Assembly (NCBI GenBank): GCA_964016885.1
Contig: OZ024757.1
Span: 23,064,001-23,128,000, forward strand
Direction of reading: 5' to 3'
Origin: Eledone cirrhosa
Lineage: Eukaryota
DNA: 64,000 nucleotides
The notes under the pieces are model-generated. The model worked only from the letters and a program-made list of their open reading frames with translations. It had not been told where the DNA came from and ran no database searches. Shown piece by piece: positions 40,696 to 54,242 of the stretch. Made by a program: the position numbers and the translations under genes. Within the stretch, counting starts at the first letter, position 1. Every line of letters begins with the position of its first letter.

Positions 40696-41211
40696 TCTAT
40701 ATATATAAAACTGTAGTTGTCTGTCTGTCTATCGATTTTTGGCACACATCTCCTCTTAGAATCTCTCACGGAATTGCACCGAAATTGCTATACTTGTACA
40801 TTGAGCCCTAGCGAAGACATCGGAAAAAAAAAATTTCAATTTGACCCACCCTATGTGACGAAATCGAATATAATGTATCGATTTTTGAGCGTAAGTTATC
40901 AGTTATTTCCCTTTGTTCTGTTTACATTGAGCGTCTTACGTAAAAAATTACGCTGGCTTTCTCAGTCTTTGTTAATAAATAACCAGTGCAGTTTCTATCC
41001 CCAGCATCCTCTTTTGTTATAACATTCGGGTTATCGTTATGTTTTCTTAACTTCATAAGGCATATTGTTGGTTGAGGGAATATTAATCAAAAACACCACA
41101 TGCAAGTCTGCACAGTAGACACTACAGTTTTTAAGCCAAAAAAGAAACTTAACATTGTAACTTTAACACAGCTACTGAGCGACCCCGAGCAACGCCGGGC
41201 TTTACTGCTAG
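40696..41211 (+). mobile_element. non-autonomous Helitron
   Basis: a|TCtatatatataaaa 5' end; subterminal hairpin cccg-agcaacgc-cggg; CTAG|t 3' end; no TSD. Confidence 0.85.
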
Positions 41212-41272
41212 TACATTATAAAGAAAGAAGAAACATTAGACATAAATAAATAAATACCTATTTTTTCTTCAA

Positions 41273-41366
41273 ATTCTCGACTGAACAGTTTCGTGGCTAC
41301 TTTGCAAAAATCCTATATCATTGAGATGTAGTATTCTTGTTAGGTTTGCCAACTTATCAAGAGAAT
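41273..41366 (-). ncRNA. U3-A8 variant hammerhead (inverted copy)
   Basis: Reverse complement counterpart of 41528-41621. Confidence 0.65.
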
Positions 41367-41527
41367 ACCTCATTTAAAGTTTCAAAACAGGTTTGCATCG
41401 CGTGAAAGAATCCCCGGGAAGGGATTTAGGTCCGTTTCTTGACCGCTGTATCACGTGATAGGCCCCCCTCCGCCTCCTCGGGATTCTTTCGCGCGATGCA
41501 GACCTGTTTTGAAACTTTAAATGAGGT

Positions 41528-41621
41528 ATTCTCTTGATAAGTTGGCAAACCTCGCAAGAATTCTACATCTCTATGATATAGGATTTTTGCAAAGTAGCCA
41601 CGAAACTGTTCAGTCGAGAAT
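41528..41621 (+). ncRNA. type I hammerhead ribozyme, U3-A8 core variant
   Basis: attctc-TTGATAA-long stem II-GAAA-c[tgttca]g-TC-gagaat. Confidence 0.7.
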
Positions 41622-41680
41622 TTGAAGAAAAAATAGGTATTTATTTATTTATGTCTAATGTTTCTTCTTTCTTTATAATG

Positions 41681-41745
<65 letters not shown>

Positions 41746-41989
41746 TTGTTTTGTTGTTTGCTGCTTGTTTGTGTCTTTAAGGAGGGGGTTGTTTATTTAT
41801 TTGTTTTTTTTTTTTTTGTTTTTTTTTTTACTAATTTTTAATATAATCTGTCTTTCTGTTGCTTGTCTAATTTACATTGATCTCCAAACTCTGATACGTT
41901 GAAGTCCTTTAGGTAAAGAAAATATTTGAAATGAATAAATAGCACTTAAATGATGTAATAACCTCTGTAAGAAGAAACTCTGTCAAATG

Positions 41990-42210
41990 TAGATTGGCAG
42001 TAGAATTGTTAGAGCATCAAACACCATGCTTTACAGCATAGAGTTATGTCACTTTACGTTCTGAGTTAAAAATCCCGCCGAGGTTAGCTTTGCCCTCCAT
42101 CCTTACAGGATCGATAAAATATAGTACCAGTAATGCACTAGGGTCGATTTATTCGACTTTCCCCTCTCCCCAAATTTGTAGACATTGTGCCTAAATCAGA
42201 AACCATTGTT
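41990..42210 (+). mobile_element. degenerate SINE B
   Basis: gattggcagtagaattgttagagc..cccgccgaggttagctttgcc..gtaccagtaatgcac. Confidence 0.8.
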
Positions 42211-42463
42211 ATAAATACAATTAAATATATTATTACAAAACCCTCATGCTTCCCGAAATTCGCCAAAACTATACCTGATGTCCCCCTTCCATACACATGC
42301 ACACATGTGTATATCATGACTGATGCACTGTTAATTTTCCTGACGTTTGTACATTACCCTATGTACTATACATACACTTTTGATGAGTTGTAGTGCACCT
42401 GAGCACTGTACACAATATTTTCATTATTATTATAACAATAGAGATATAGAATAATGATATTAA

Positions 42464-43186
42464 CCCTTTAGCATTCACATTACTCTATATATACTATTGT
42501 ATTTTTATGGTAAAGGCTTTACCTCACATAATATCTCACATAACATTCACATTACTCTATATATACTATTATATTTTCATGGTAAAGGCTTTACCTCACA
42601 TAATATCTCACATAATATTCACATTACTCTATATATACTATTATATTTTCATGGTAAAGGCTTTACCTCACATAATATCTCACATAACATTCACATTACT
42701 CTATATATACTATTATATTTTTATGGTAAAGGCTTTACCGCACATAATTATCTCACATAACATTCACATTACTCTATATATACTATTATATTTTCATGGT
42801 AAAGGCTTTACCTCACATAATATCTCACATAACATTCACATTACTCTATATATACTATTATATTTTCATGGTAAAGGCTTTACCTCACATAATATCTCAC
42901 ATAACATTCACATTACTCTATATATACTATTATATTTTTATGGTAAAGGCTTTACCGCACATAATTATCTCACATAACATTCACATTACTCTATATATAC
43001 TATTATATTTTCATGGTATATTTTCATATTATATTTTCACATAAATATCTCACATAATATCGAATCTATGAGATTTTGAAAGTATATATTTTGACAACAA
43101 TACCTTAACATCAATTTGAGCAACCAGTTACAGCCAGTTTCAACAGAAAGAGGTAGAGAATTCTGGCCGGTTTGAACATTAAAGGG
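42464..43186 (+). mobile_element. piggyBac-like MITE with internal 72-bp minisatellite
   Basis: ttaa|ccctttagcattc ... gaacattaaaggg|ttaa; ~7 internal units. Confidence 0.85.
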
Positions 43187-43455
43187 TTAACTCAGTGTAC
43201 CAATAGGAATATTTTGATATATGTATGGTTGTAACTGCCAAGGGAGTTGCAGGGAATCAGTGTTGACATAGCTGTTTTTTGGGGGGCATATCTTAAACCT
43301 TTGGGAGCCCATCTCCTCTCCAGATTTCTTCCAGAGAAGCATAGAGAGTGATAGAGGAGAATTGAGAAAGAGATATAGAGAAAGAAGGGACTCAGTACTT
43401 GACTGGTACACTTTTAATTGACCTCGAATGGATGAAAGGCCAATTTGCTGTCTAT

Positions 43456-43850
43456 GGTGGCTTAGTGGTTCGAGCATTGGGCTTGCAATCGAAAGGTTGT
43501 GAGTTCGATTCTCGGACCAGGTGATGTGTTGTATCCTTGAGCAAGACACTTTATTTCACATTGCTCCAGTTTACTCAGCTGTAGAAATGAGTTGCGATCC
43601 TGTCAAATGGGTGGCAGTAGTTCCAGCTGCACGCATCGAAAGACTGGTGCAGTGGTTCTGAGAACAATGCGGCTTTGTAGATGATCAATGCAAATTGACA
43701 ATGGAAAGGCGCTCCCACTCGAGTTAGAAGAGAACTATTGACCTTCAGGAGAAGCAGCAACCCCTGATTGTATTCAACAACCAAAACAAATATGGAGTAC
43801 ACCAAATCCAATGCTCCAAGGGGTGGCCCTGTTTCTTCTTATTTGTGAGA
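43456..43850 (+). mobile_element. SINE A head/CORE with a third type of tail
   Basis: Matches SINE A up to gtagaaatgag, then unrelated sequence; 3' boundary uncertain. Confidence 0.65.
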
Positions 43851-44379
43851 GTAAACTCGGCCAGATTAGATTAGATAAGCCTATTTTTAACCTAATAGGA
43901 CCCTAGCAAGAAGGAACTAAGTATTGGAGGACAACTGGGACCAAGAGACCCCCAACAAAAACCTGCTTATTTCCTACAACATCTGTTACTGTAAATCTCC
44001 TCTTTAGTGAGAGACTGGAAGTAAGAAAGAGATATTAGAGGAAGGATTGACACCAGTACTTTACTGGTACCTTTTTGATTGCCCTCAAATTGATTAAATG
44101 CAAAGTTGACCTCAGTGGGATTTGGACACAGAGATCAGAAAACTGGAATGAATGCCACAAATCACTCTATGAGACATTATAACAACACCGCCTATGCAAA
44201 TTTTTATAAATGTTTATATTTGCATATACATTGAATCATTTAATTCTTCGGGATATCTTAATTCTTCATGATATCCCAAACAATATCTGATATTAAATAG
44301 AACGAGATGATCTCAAGAAATCTTTTACATCAGAACAAATCTGTCCATGAATTTGAATAAGATTCAGTGAGTGGGAGAG

Positions 44380-45519
44380 TATGTTTGTGTCTGTGAGTAC
44401 ATGTATGTATACATGGCTATATATATGTGTGTATGTTTGTATGTGTGTGTGTATATATATATAAGTGTGTGTATATATGTATGTGTGTGTGTGTGTGTGT
44501 GTGAGTATGTATATTTGTCTGTGTGAGTATATTTGTGTGTATGCATGCATGTATGTATGTATGCATGTATGTATGTATATATGCATGGATGTGTGTGTGT
44601 ATGTATGCATGGATGTGTGAGTATGTATATATGTATGTGTGAATGTATGTGTGTATGTATGCATGTATATATATATATGTATGTGCGTGTGTGTGTGTAA
44701 ATGTCTGTGTGTATGTATGTCAGTATTTACATTTGTGTGTGTATGTATGTCAGTATTTATATTTGTATGTGTATGTATGTGTATGTGTGAATGTATGTGT
44801 GTGAATGTATGTGTGTGTATGTATGCATGTATATATATATGTATGTGCGTGTGTGTGTGTGTGTAAATGTCTGTGTGTATGTATGTCAGTATTTACATTT
44901 GTGTGTGTATGTATGTCAGTATTTATATTTGTATGTGTATGTATGTGTATGTGTGAATGTATGTGTGTGTATTTATGCATGTATATATGTATGTATGTGC
45001 GTGTGTGTGTAAATGTCTGTGTGTATGTATGTCAGTATTTACATGTGTGTGTATGTATGTCAGTATTTATATTTGTATGTGTATGTATGTGTATGTGTGA
45101 ATGTATGTGTGTGTATGTATGCATGTATATATATATGTATGTGCGTGTGTGTGTAAATGTGTGTGTATGTATGTCAGTATTTATATTTGTATGTGTATGT
45201 ATGTGTGAATGTATGTGTGTGTATGTATGCCTGTATATATATATGTATGTGCGTGTGTGTGTGTGTAAATGTCTGTGTGTATGTATGTCAGTATTTACAT
45301 CTGTGTGTGTATGTATATCAGTATTTATATTTGTATGTGTATGTATGTGTATGTGTGAATGTATGTGTGTGTATGTATGCATGTATATATGTATGTGTGT
45401 GCATGTGTGTGTAAATGTCTGTGTGTATGTATGTCAGTATTTACATTTGTGTGTGTATGTCAGTATTTATATTTGTATGTGTATGTATGTGTGAATGTAT
45501 GTGTGTGTATGTATGCATG

Positions 45520-45564
<45 letters not shown>

Positions 45565-45860
45565 GCCTCTGTGTATGTATGCATGTATATATGTATGTGT
45601 GTGTGTGTAAATGTGTGTGTGTATGTATGCATGTATATATGTATGTGTGTGTGTATAAATGTATGTGTGTGTATGTATGCATGTATATATGTATGTGTGT
45701 GTGTGTAAATCTGTGTGTATGTATGCATGTATATATGTATGTGTGTGTGTGTGTGTAAATGTCTGTGTGTGTATGTATGCATGTATATATGTATGTGTGT
45801 GTGTGTGTGTAAATGTCTGTGTGTGTATGTATGTGATTATTTATAGATGTGTATATGTAC
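44380..45860. repeat. (GT/GTAT) compound satellite with ~140-bp periodicity
   Basis: Recurrent gtcagtatttacatttg / gtcagtatttatatttg landmarks. Confidence 0.9.
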
Positions 45861-45888
45861 ATATGTTTGTTTATTCAAACTTCATTAC

Positions 45889-46905
45889 AAAGAATCCGTT
45901 CCAGTGTTATGTCTACAAAATCAGGAAAATCTACAAATCAGGTGGTAGATTGAAGGGACATCTCAACATACACAATAAATAAACCTAAAGAACGAAATGA
46001 GACATCTTTGTATTATGTGTGGACAGGTCTTTCACAGGTTTTCAGGACTCAAAAGCCTTTTGAGATCTCATGCCAGGAAAGGACAGACATGAGGTGCAAG
46101 AAGAGGTCAAGCTTTCTATGGGGCAGATGCCCTTCATGTATCATCATCATCATCATTTTACGTCCTCTTTTCCCTGCTTGCAAGGGTGGGACGGGAACTG
46201 ATGCTGGCTTGATTTCTACAGTTGGATGCCCTTCCTAACACCAACCTTATTTACAGTGAGTGCTGGGTGCTTTTTTGCCGTGGCACCTCCACGACCACTT
46301 TACAGTGTGGGCTGGGTGCTTTTTTGCCGTGGCACCTACACGACCACTTTGCAGTGGAATGATAGGGACCCCAGTCCCTATCATCTCATTTCTACAGCTG
46401 AGTAAACTGGAGCAATGTGAAATAAAGTGTCTTGCTCAAGGAAACAACACATCACCCGGTCTGAGAATTGAACTCTCAACCTTTCAAGGCCAATGCTCTA
46501 ACTACTAAGCCATGTGCCTCCATGTATATGTGTATGTATATGTTTGTGTATGTATATGTTTATGTATATATGTGTTTGTGCATGTATATTTGTGTGTATG
46601 TATGTATGTGTGTAAATGTATATATGTGTTTGTGCATGTATGTTTGTGTGTATGTACGTATGTGTGTATGTATGTACGTGTGTAAATGTATATCTATGTA
46701 TGAATGCCTGTGTGTACGTATGTGTATAGATGTATGTATGTGTAGAACTTGTTCTAGACTAAAATAACACATGGTGGTGCATAAAGATTGTGTCCCACGG
46801 GGAGACCTCACCGGTGCTGTAGAAAGCACAACTCTCTTCTGTCACCTGCGTCATAAACCATTCAGATCTACAGCTGGCCTACAGAGTCATCTATAAAGTT
46901 ATGGA
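45889..46905 (+). pseudogene. decayed C2H2 zinc-finger remnants split by a SINE and microsatellite
   Basis: KNPFQCYV..YKSGGRLKGHLNIH; HLCIMCGQVFHRFSGLKSLLRSH (46003); FCHLRHKPFRSTAGLQSHL*. Confidence 0.5.
46140..46520 (-). mobile_element. SINE A with internal ~50-bp duplication
   Basis: Reverse complement of the 3928 copy; gctgggtgcttttttgccgtggcacc..cgaccacttt occurs twice. Confidence 0.9.
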
Positions 46906-47593
46906 CTTGGATGGGATGACAATGAAGAATCAATAAGAGACAGCAATCATCTGTTAAGATGCTGCAATCCTCATGTGTGTGTAAATATATGTTGCAATCC
47001 TCATGTGCCTGTGAATGTATGGATGCATTCATGTAGGACTCTCATAAATGTTTAGTTTATTTTTGACTGGCCACCTTCCAACAGTAACATTATAAAGTAA
47101 AGGAAATGTTCATTGTCCCTTGTGCAATTGTTCATCCTTTGAATCATAAATATATTTTACAGATTGTTTAAGGTTCCAGATTCTGTGACCTTTTTGTAAT
47201 TTATAAATTAAGGAGCTGCTTTCTTTCTCTACAAATCCAAGTTTAGTCATATTTTGGTCCAGGCAATATTTAGACCTTGGAGGGCCTGGAGCACTTTGGG
47301 TTTGGGGAACCCAGGACTGTTCTTAGAAGATGTTCTGTTTGACCAGAGTGTTCAAAGTATTCATCCCCTCGGCCCTTAAATGCCACAGACCACTAATATG
47401 AATTTTTTTTAAAAGATAAATATATTTGTAAAATAATTATCAGAGAACTTCCATTTTATTAAACAATACTGAAGAGTACGTGCATCATATTGTCGATATA
47501 TGATACATATGTGCAACATTCTTTCATGATGTTAGTTCTTTACTGAGGAGAAACATTTTTTAGGGATGTTATAAAATATATTTTAACCAAATA

Positions 47594-47806
47594 TTAACTT
47601 TGCCTTTCATCCTTACGGGGTCGATAAAATAAAGTACCAGTAATGTACTGGGTAATTGCTGGCCTTGTGCCAAATGTAGAAACAATTATTTGTGTTTTAT
47701 TATTAATAAAACATAAAAATTGCAAATAATGTCCAAATTTTTCTGTGGACCACAAAATTTTCTCTTGGACCACCAGTGGTCCATGGACCACCGGTTGGCG
47801 ACCACT
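47594..47806 (+). mobile_element. SINE B 3' fragment next to a hAT-like terminus
   Basis: SINE B tail 47594-47690; ggaccaccagtggtccatggaccaccggttggcgaccactg end. Confidence 0.6.
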
Positions 47807-48059
47807 GCTGTAAAGTGTTCATACTTGTGTCATGAAAAAAATACACCCAGATGACTCAAGAAAGAGGTAGTGCTGGTGTCATGATAAAATGTTCCCACTA
47901 CACATATTGTAAAATATTTGACATTAGGAAGGGCATCCTGTCATAGAAAACATAGAAACAAAAACAAAAATAGATTTGTATAAGCAAAACACAATCATCT
48001 GGTCTGTATTTCATAAGATGACAAACTACCTGACCCATGCAAACATGAAAAATATATGT

Positions 48060-48350
48060 TGAATGATGATGATGATGATGCTGCTGATGATGGTGGTGGT
48101 GATGGTGGTGGTGAGGAGGAGGAGGAGGTTGGTGATAGTGGTGGTGGTGGTGGTGGTGAGGAGGAGGTTGGTGATGATGATGGTGGTGGTGGTGGTGGTG
48201 ATTGTGGTGAGGAGGAGGAGGTTGGTGATGATGAAGATGATGATGATGATGATGAAAATGACAATGACAATGATGATGATGATGAAATTGATGATGATGA
48301 AGTTGATGATGATGATGATGAAGTTGATGATGATGATGATGGTGCTGATA
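48060..48350. repeat. (GAT/GGT)n repeat extending a SINE tail
   Basis: Direct reading. Confidence 0.9.
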
Positions 48351-48550
48351 TATGTGTGTAAGTGTATGAATGCAAGCCTATAAGTATTAGTGCTACAATA
48401 GCCTAAACCCTTTTTTTTTTTACTACAGTTCTTGTCATATAATCTAATTAGAATGATAAATGTATTGATCCTTTGATCTTTTGAGGTCAGTAGGGGGCCA
48501 TCTGGAGAAAAGATTGAAAACCTTATCAAAGAAATCAGGCCTACATTTCT

Positions 48551-49021
48551 CTCTCTATCTATGTCTGAGTATTTTGCTCCCTTGCTCTCTCTCTCTCACA
48601 CACTCCCTCTGTATCTCTCTGTGATATAATTACACAAACAGGTAACTTTTCTTGGAAGTTTCCAAAATTGAGTATTTTCTGCAGTTGCTACCATTACAAA
48701 TCAAGCTGACACCATCACAATATACAGACAGTGAAGTACAGGCAATATTTTATACTGTTGATATGGAGGCACATTGCTTAGTGGTCTCTCTATCTATCTC
48801 TGAGTATTTTGCTCCCTTGCTCTCTCTCTCTCTCACACACTCCCTCTGTATCTCTCTGTGATATAATTACACAAACAGGTAACTTTTCTTGGAAGTTTCC
48901 AAAATTGAGTATTTTCTGCAGTTGCTACCATTACAATCAAGCTGACACCATCACAATATACAGACAGTGAAGTACAGGCAATATTTTATACTGTTGATAT
49001 GGAGGCACATGGCTTAGTGGT
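48551..49021. repeat. tandem duplication of ~235 bp
   Basis: Two near-identical units, each ending in the first ~18 nt of a SINE A. Confidence 0.9.
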
Positions 49022-49300
49022 TAGAGCATTGGCCTTGCAATCGAAAGGTTGTGAGTTCAATTCTCAGACCGGGTCATGTGTTGTTTCCTTGAGCAAGACA
49101 CTTTATTTCACATTGCTCCAGTTTACTCAGCTGTAGAAATGAGCTGATAGGGACTGGGGTCCCTATCATTCCACTGCAAAGTGGTCGTGGAGGTGCCACG
49201 GCAAAAAAGCACCCAGCACTCACTGTAAATGAGGATGTTAGGAAAGGCATCCAGCTGTAGAAATGAGATGATAGGGACTGGGGTCCCTATCATTCCACTG
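49003..49300 (+). mobile_element. SINE A, rearranged 3' end
   Basis: Matches the 3928 copy to ~49265. Confidence 0.9.
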
Positions 49301-49319
49301 TAACCCTATCATTCCAACT

Positions 49320-50045
49320 ACTTTTCTATATGTACTGGGAACATTTTATTGTGACACTGGATTTACCATTTTACAAGGTAGACTGGGAGCTTTTCATTAT
49401 GGCACCAGCCCTACCACCTTACAGAGTAAACTGGATACATTTGTTGTGGCACCAGCACTACCACATTACAGGGTTAACTGGAAGCTTTTCATCGTGACAC
49501 CAGCACTACCACTTTACTTGGTAGACTGGGAGCTTTTTATTAAGGGATCAGCACGACCACATTACTGGGAGGGGGTGATTGGGTGTTTTTATTGTGGCAC
49601 CAGCATGACAACCTTACTGGATGGACTGGGAGCGTTTTATTGTGGGATCAGCACAACCACATTACTGGGAGGGGGTGATTGGGTGTTTTTATTGTGGCAC
49701 CAGCATGACAACCTTACTGGGTGGACTGCGAGCATTTTATTTTGGGATCAGCACTACCACATTACTGGGGGGGGGGGGTAGAATGGGTGTTTTTATTGTG
49801 GCACAGCATGACCACCTTACTGGGTGGGCTGGGAGATTTTCATTGTGGAATCAGCACTACCTCATTACTGGTGGGGTGGAGGTTTTTATTGTGGCACAAC
49901 ATGACCACCTTACTGGGTGGACTGCGAGCATTTTATTTTGGGATCAGCACTACCATATTACTGGGGGGGGGGTTTATTGTGGCACATGACCACCTTACTG
50001 GGTGGGCTGGGAGATTTTCATTGTGGGAGCAGCACTACCTCATTA
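49320..50045. repeat. degenerate ~48-bp minisatellite related to 8300-8760
   Basis: Recurrent gactggg..ttttattgtggcaccagcactaccac. Confidence 0.8.
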
Positions 50046-51177
50046 CAGCACAAAGGTACTCAATGCCATCGGTCTTGCTGGAGAGGTAAAACATCTCAGG
50101 AAAATACCATTCTTTCCTACCCAAGGGTAATAAAGTAAACCTTCTAATGTTCTAAATACCATTGTTAGTAATCCCCACCCACCCACCTACCCCTCAAAAA
50201 AGAAAAACATTATTTTTCATAAGGTGGTTTTAGAAGAATATCTTCAAAGCAAAGGTCCGTTAAAATATTCACATTCACAGCTATCAATAAAATAAATATA
50301 AATCTTTATCTCAGCATCAAACACTTTAGATGTTAATTTTTGCTTTCATATTTACATTTTAATATCTTATTTTCATTATTACTATTAATATTGTTGTTAT
50401 TAGTATTTTTGTTGTTGTTGTTAAGTCTACTATTATTAATTATTATTATTATTATTATTACTATTGTTGTTGTTGTTGTTATTATTATTACTGTTGTTGT
50501 TATTATTAATATAAATTGTTAGTTTTCTTGTTTAGTAGTCAATATTCCTGATGTTATTGTTGCAAATATTACCAGGAATCTTCATACTAACGTTATTATT
50601 ATTATTTTCGTTATTGTTGTTGTTGTTGTTGTTGTTGTAACTATCAACAAAACAGTCATAATCTCCCCCCCTCCTCTACCCCCCACACCTCACCTTTTAA
50701 ATCTTCCTCTAGATATTTTTCACTGAGCAATAACAACGCCTCATTGAATACGTTACTGCTGATCTTTTAAAATTTTACAAGTTAAAAGAAAGTTAGCTAT
50801 TGTCTTTTAAAAGAATTGTTTCAGTTTTTTTAAACTGATTTGAAATGTCAGACAACAATAACAACATCAACAACAACAGTAACTACAACAACAACAACAG
50901 TAACTGTAACAACAACAACAAACAGAATTATTAACTTCTGATTTTACTTTTTACATTTTACTTTGTTATAAACATCAATAAAATTTTATTATATTTCCTG
51001 GTCAGGAATAAAAACAGTACTTGTTCTTTTTATGATATTTGTAAATATATATATATATATATATGTATGTATGTGTGAGTGTGAGTGTATGTACACACAC
51101 ATACATATATATAGACACACACACACATATATATAGACACACACATATACATGTATATATACACACACACATACATA

Positions 51178-51213
<36 letters not shown>

Positions 51214-51220
51214 CACACAC

Positions 51221-51259
<39 letters not shown>

Positions 51260-51907
51260 TTTATATATGTATGTATGTATATATAAATATACACACACAC
51301 GTATGTATATATATATATATATATCATGTCAAAGAAAATGCTTTGCAGTATTTTGTTTCAGCTCTCTGCTCTCTCATTTCAAATCCTGCCAAGTTTAACT
51401 TCGATTTTCATCCTTTCAAAGTTGATGAAAAATGTACCAGTCTCATATTGGGGTCGATAGAATGACAGACTGACAGACAAATGATTTGTGGTATTCATTT
51501 CAGCTCTCTGCTCCCTCAGTTTAAATCCCACTGAGGGCAACTTTGGGTTGATTCTTCCTCTATATCTCTTTCTCAATTCCTCTCTATCCCTCTATCCTTC
51601 TCTAAAAGAAATCTGCTGTGTTCAAATCTGGAGACAGAATGGTTTCTGCCAGGAATTATGGATCCATACCATACGTAACCCACTTCAGCCCATGTCTCCT
51701 TTGTTTATTCTATTTCACAGGTTTGAACCACTTTAGAGCTTGCTACTTCTTTATAAAGCTAGTATACCTCTCTATCTCTCTATCTTGGAATGGCATCTCT
51801 GATGCATGTTGGGACTATGTAGGAGCTTGTGATAATAAAGGGGGTGTAATAGCCTCAAAAAGTTATCTATCTGTCTATCTGTCTATCTGTTTATCTATCT
51901 ATCTCTC

Positions 51908-52665
51908 CGGCCAACAACTGATTCTTTTTTTCAAATACCACTTTGGAAGAAGAATCAGGATGGAGAGAGAGGTGCTGTACCCCAGTCGTTTTTATGAAAG
52001 GTGGGTGAAAGTGGCGAGAATGGCCCGAGTGAATGGGCCTTCTCTCTACATCAGCCTGTAGGTGGAAAGGAGGAAGGAACGAGGGAGCACCCTCTCTCTG
52101 TGCTCCTGAGGAGAAGGGGTTGCACACTTTTTTCGGGGGTGTGTGCGACCCTCCAAACGCCCCTCCTTGTTGAGGACTTTATTGTTAATTTTATATTTGT
52201 TATTTGTTTTCTTTACTCGCCTTTTTGTGTAAACTCCCCCCTTGTATTTGTCCCCTTCTTTTGCGCCCTAGTGGCAATAAATAGAAATCTATCTCTCATG
52301 GATCTACCTCTCTATCTATCAGGATGGAGAGAGAGGTGCTGTACCCCAGCAAGTTTTATGAAAGGTGGGTGAAAGTTGCGAGAATGGCCCGAGTGAATGG
52401 GCCTTCTCTCTATATCAGCCTGAGGGTTGAGGAAAAAGAGGAAGAGAGGAAAGGGGTACTCACTCTTTGTACTCCTGGAGATGAGGGTTGCACATTTTTT
52501 CGGGGGTATGTGTTACCCATATGAAATGTCTCCCCCTATTGGGGAAAATCAATTAATTTTTAAATTGCATTTGTGATAGTATTTTACACGGTTTTATTGT
52601 ATGTAAACTTCCCCCTTTGTATTTATCCCCTTCTTTTGTGCCCCTATGGCTAATAAAGAAGCATA
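51908..52665 (+). mobile_element. two tandem 3' ends of a Tx1/L1-like non-LTR element in (CTAT)n
   Basis: FFKYHFGRRIRMEREVLYPSRFYERWVKVARM, 3' UTR ending aataaa, both copies bounded by tatc repeats. Confidence 0.65.
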
Positions 52666-53070
52666 TCTATCTATCATGGCTCTCACTCTCTATCTATCTC
52701 TCATATCTACCTGTCTTTCACTCTCCCTCTCTTGTATCTACCTGCCTCTCTCTGTCTCCCTATCTCTCATATCTACATACCTCTAATATCTACATATAAA
52801 CTGTTCCAATATAGATTGATTGAGTGTCAAATGTTACTGGATATTTCAGTGTAAGGTCATAACGTAAGGTGTGACAATCCTCAGTGTGTGCCTTCAGATA
52901 ATTTAGCATCTCTTCCCGTATCAGTTGTTTGTTTTAGTCAGAACAGACAGACGTGACTTTTATCAATTCTAGATTATTTGAAATTACAGTAAATATTAGT
53001 TTCCAAAGTCATGCTGACTTGTGAAAGGAGCAACACTTTAATCTGAATTTCATAACTACAGCCTCACAGT

Positions 53071-53410
53071 GCTGGCTGCATTCTCCGCCATGCTGCCCTC
53101 AACGAGGTCATAAAGCATGGCTTGGACGCTGCAGGCTTCCCTTCCCAGCTCAAGCCGGTGGGGCTAAACTGAAGGGACGGCAAAAGGCCAGATGGCATGA
53201 CCATCTTCGCGTTCCGCAGTGGCAAACCCCTCGTCTGGGATGCTACTTGCACCGACACTTTCTGTAGCCGCAACCTGGTGCAGTCTGCGACTAACCCAAG
53301 TTCTGCTGCACGTTGGGCTGAGGAGGCCAAGCTCCTCAAATACCGGTCACTCTCCGACAGGTTTGCAGTTGTACCCCTGGCAGTGGAGACTTCTGGTGTC
53401 CTCAGCCCCA
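53071..53410 (+). pseudogene. restriction-like endonuclease fragment of a CRE-type non-LTR retrotransposon
   Basis: RHAALNEVI..DGKRPDGMT..GKPLVWDATCTDT..AEEAKLLKY..PLAVETSG; one stop codon. Confidence 0.85.
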
Positions 53411-53585
53411 GGCCTACCTCTGATAGGTCCTCAATATCAGAGGTTGTGGGTACCAGCTTGATGTTCAGTTGGGCAAATTTTCCAGTGAGATAACATCAAA
53501 ATGACAGATATTAAATTCATAATAACAACAATAATAATAATTATAATGATTTCTTCACAATAACAATATCATAGTCAATAATAAT

Positions 53586-53780
53586 AATAATTGTTTCTAC
53601 TTTAGGCACAAGGCCAGCAATTACCGAGTGTATTACTGGTACTTTATTTTATCGACCCTGTAAGAATGAAAGGCAAAGTTAGCCTTGGCGGGATTTGAAC
53701 TCAGACCATAAAGGGCCATAAATAACTCTATGCGTCAAAGCATGGCGTCCGACCCTCTACTGATACTGCCAATACACCGT
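53586..53780 (-). mobile_element. SINE B
   Basis: Matches family; flanked by gtcaataataataat. Confidence 0.9.
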
Positions 53781-53781
53781 C

Positions 53782-53819
<38 letters not shown>

Positions 53820-54017
53820 TTTAAGACTTTGAATGAAATATTAATTTTATGAAATAGTTGTTAATTAAGTTGGTTTCAGAGTAAAAACAATTTCTGGTTA
53901 ATTGGTATAAATATTTAGTCTGTCTGACACTCAAGAAGACATCATCACAACCATCAAGAGAAAATAATTTTACAGACATATATTTCAAGAATTATACAAA
54001 GCTATATAGACACACAT

Positions 54018-54095
<78 letters not shown>

Positions 54096-54242
54096 GTGTT
54101 AAACAATATTCAATGATTATGTCAAAGAATGAGTTTTACAGTAGATTGGAAGCACTCAACTGTAAAATAATTTTCTGGAGTTATTACTACCTTGATTAAA
54201 TCTTAACCATTTAACATCTCAGGGTATGTCATGTATCATTAT

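Larger units (their letters stand above)
41212..41681. mobile_element. fold-back element with variant hammerheads
   Basis: Arms 41212-41414 / 41480-41681, followed by (TA)n. Confidence 0.85.
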
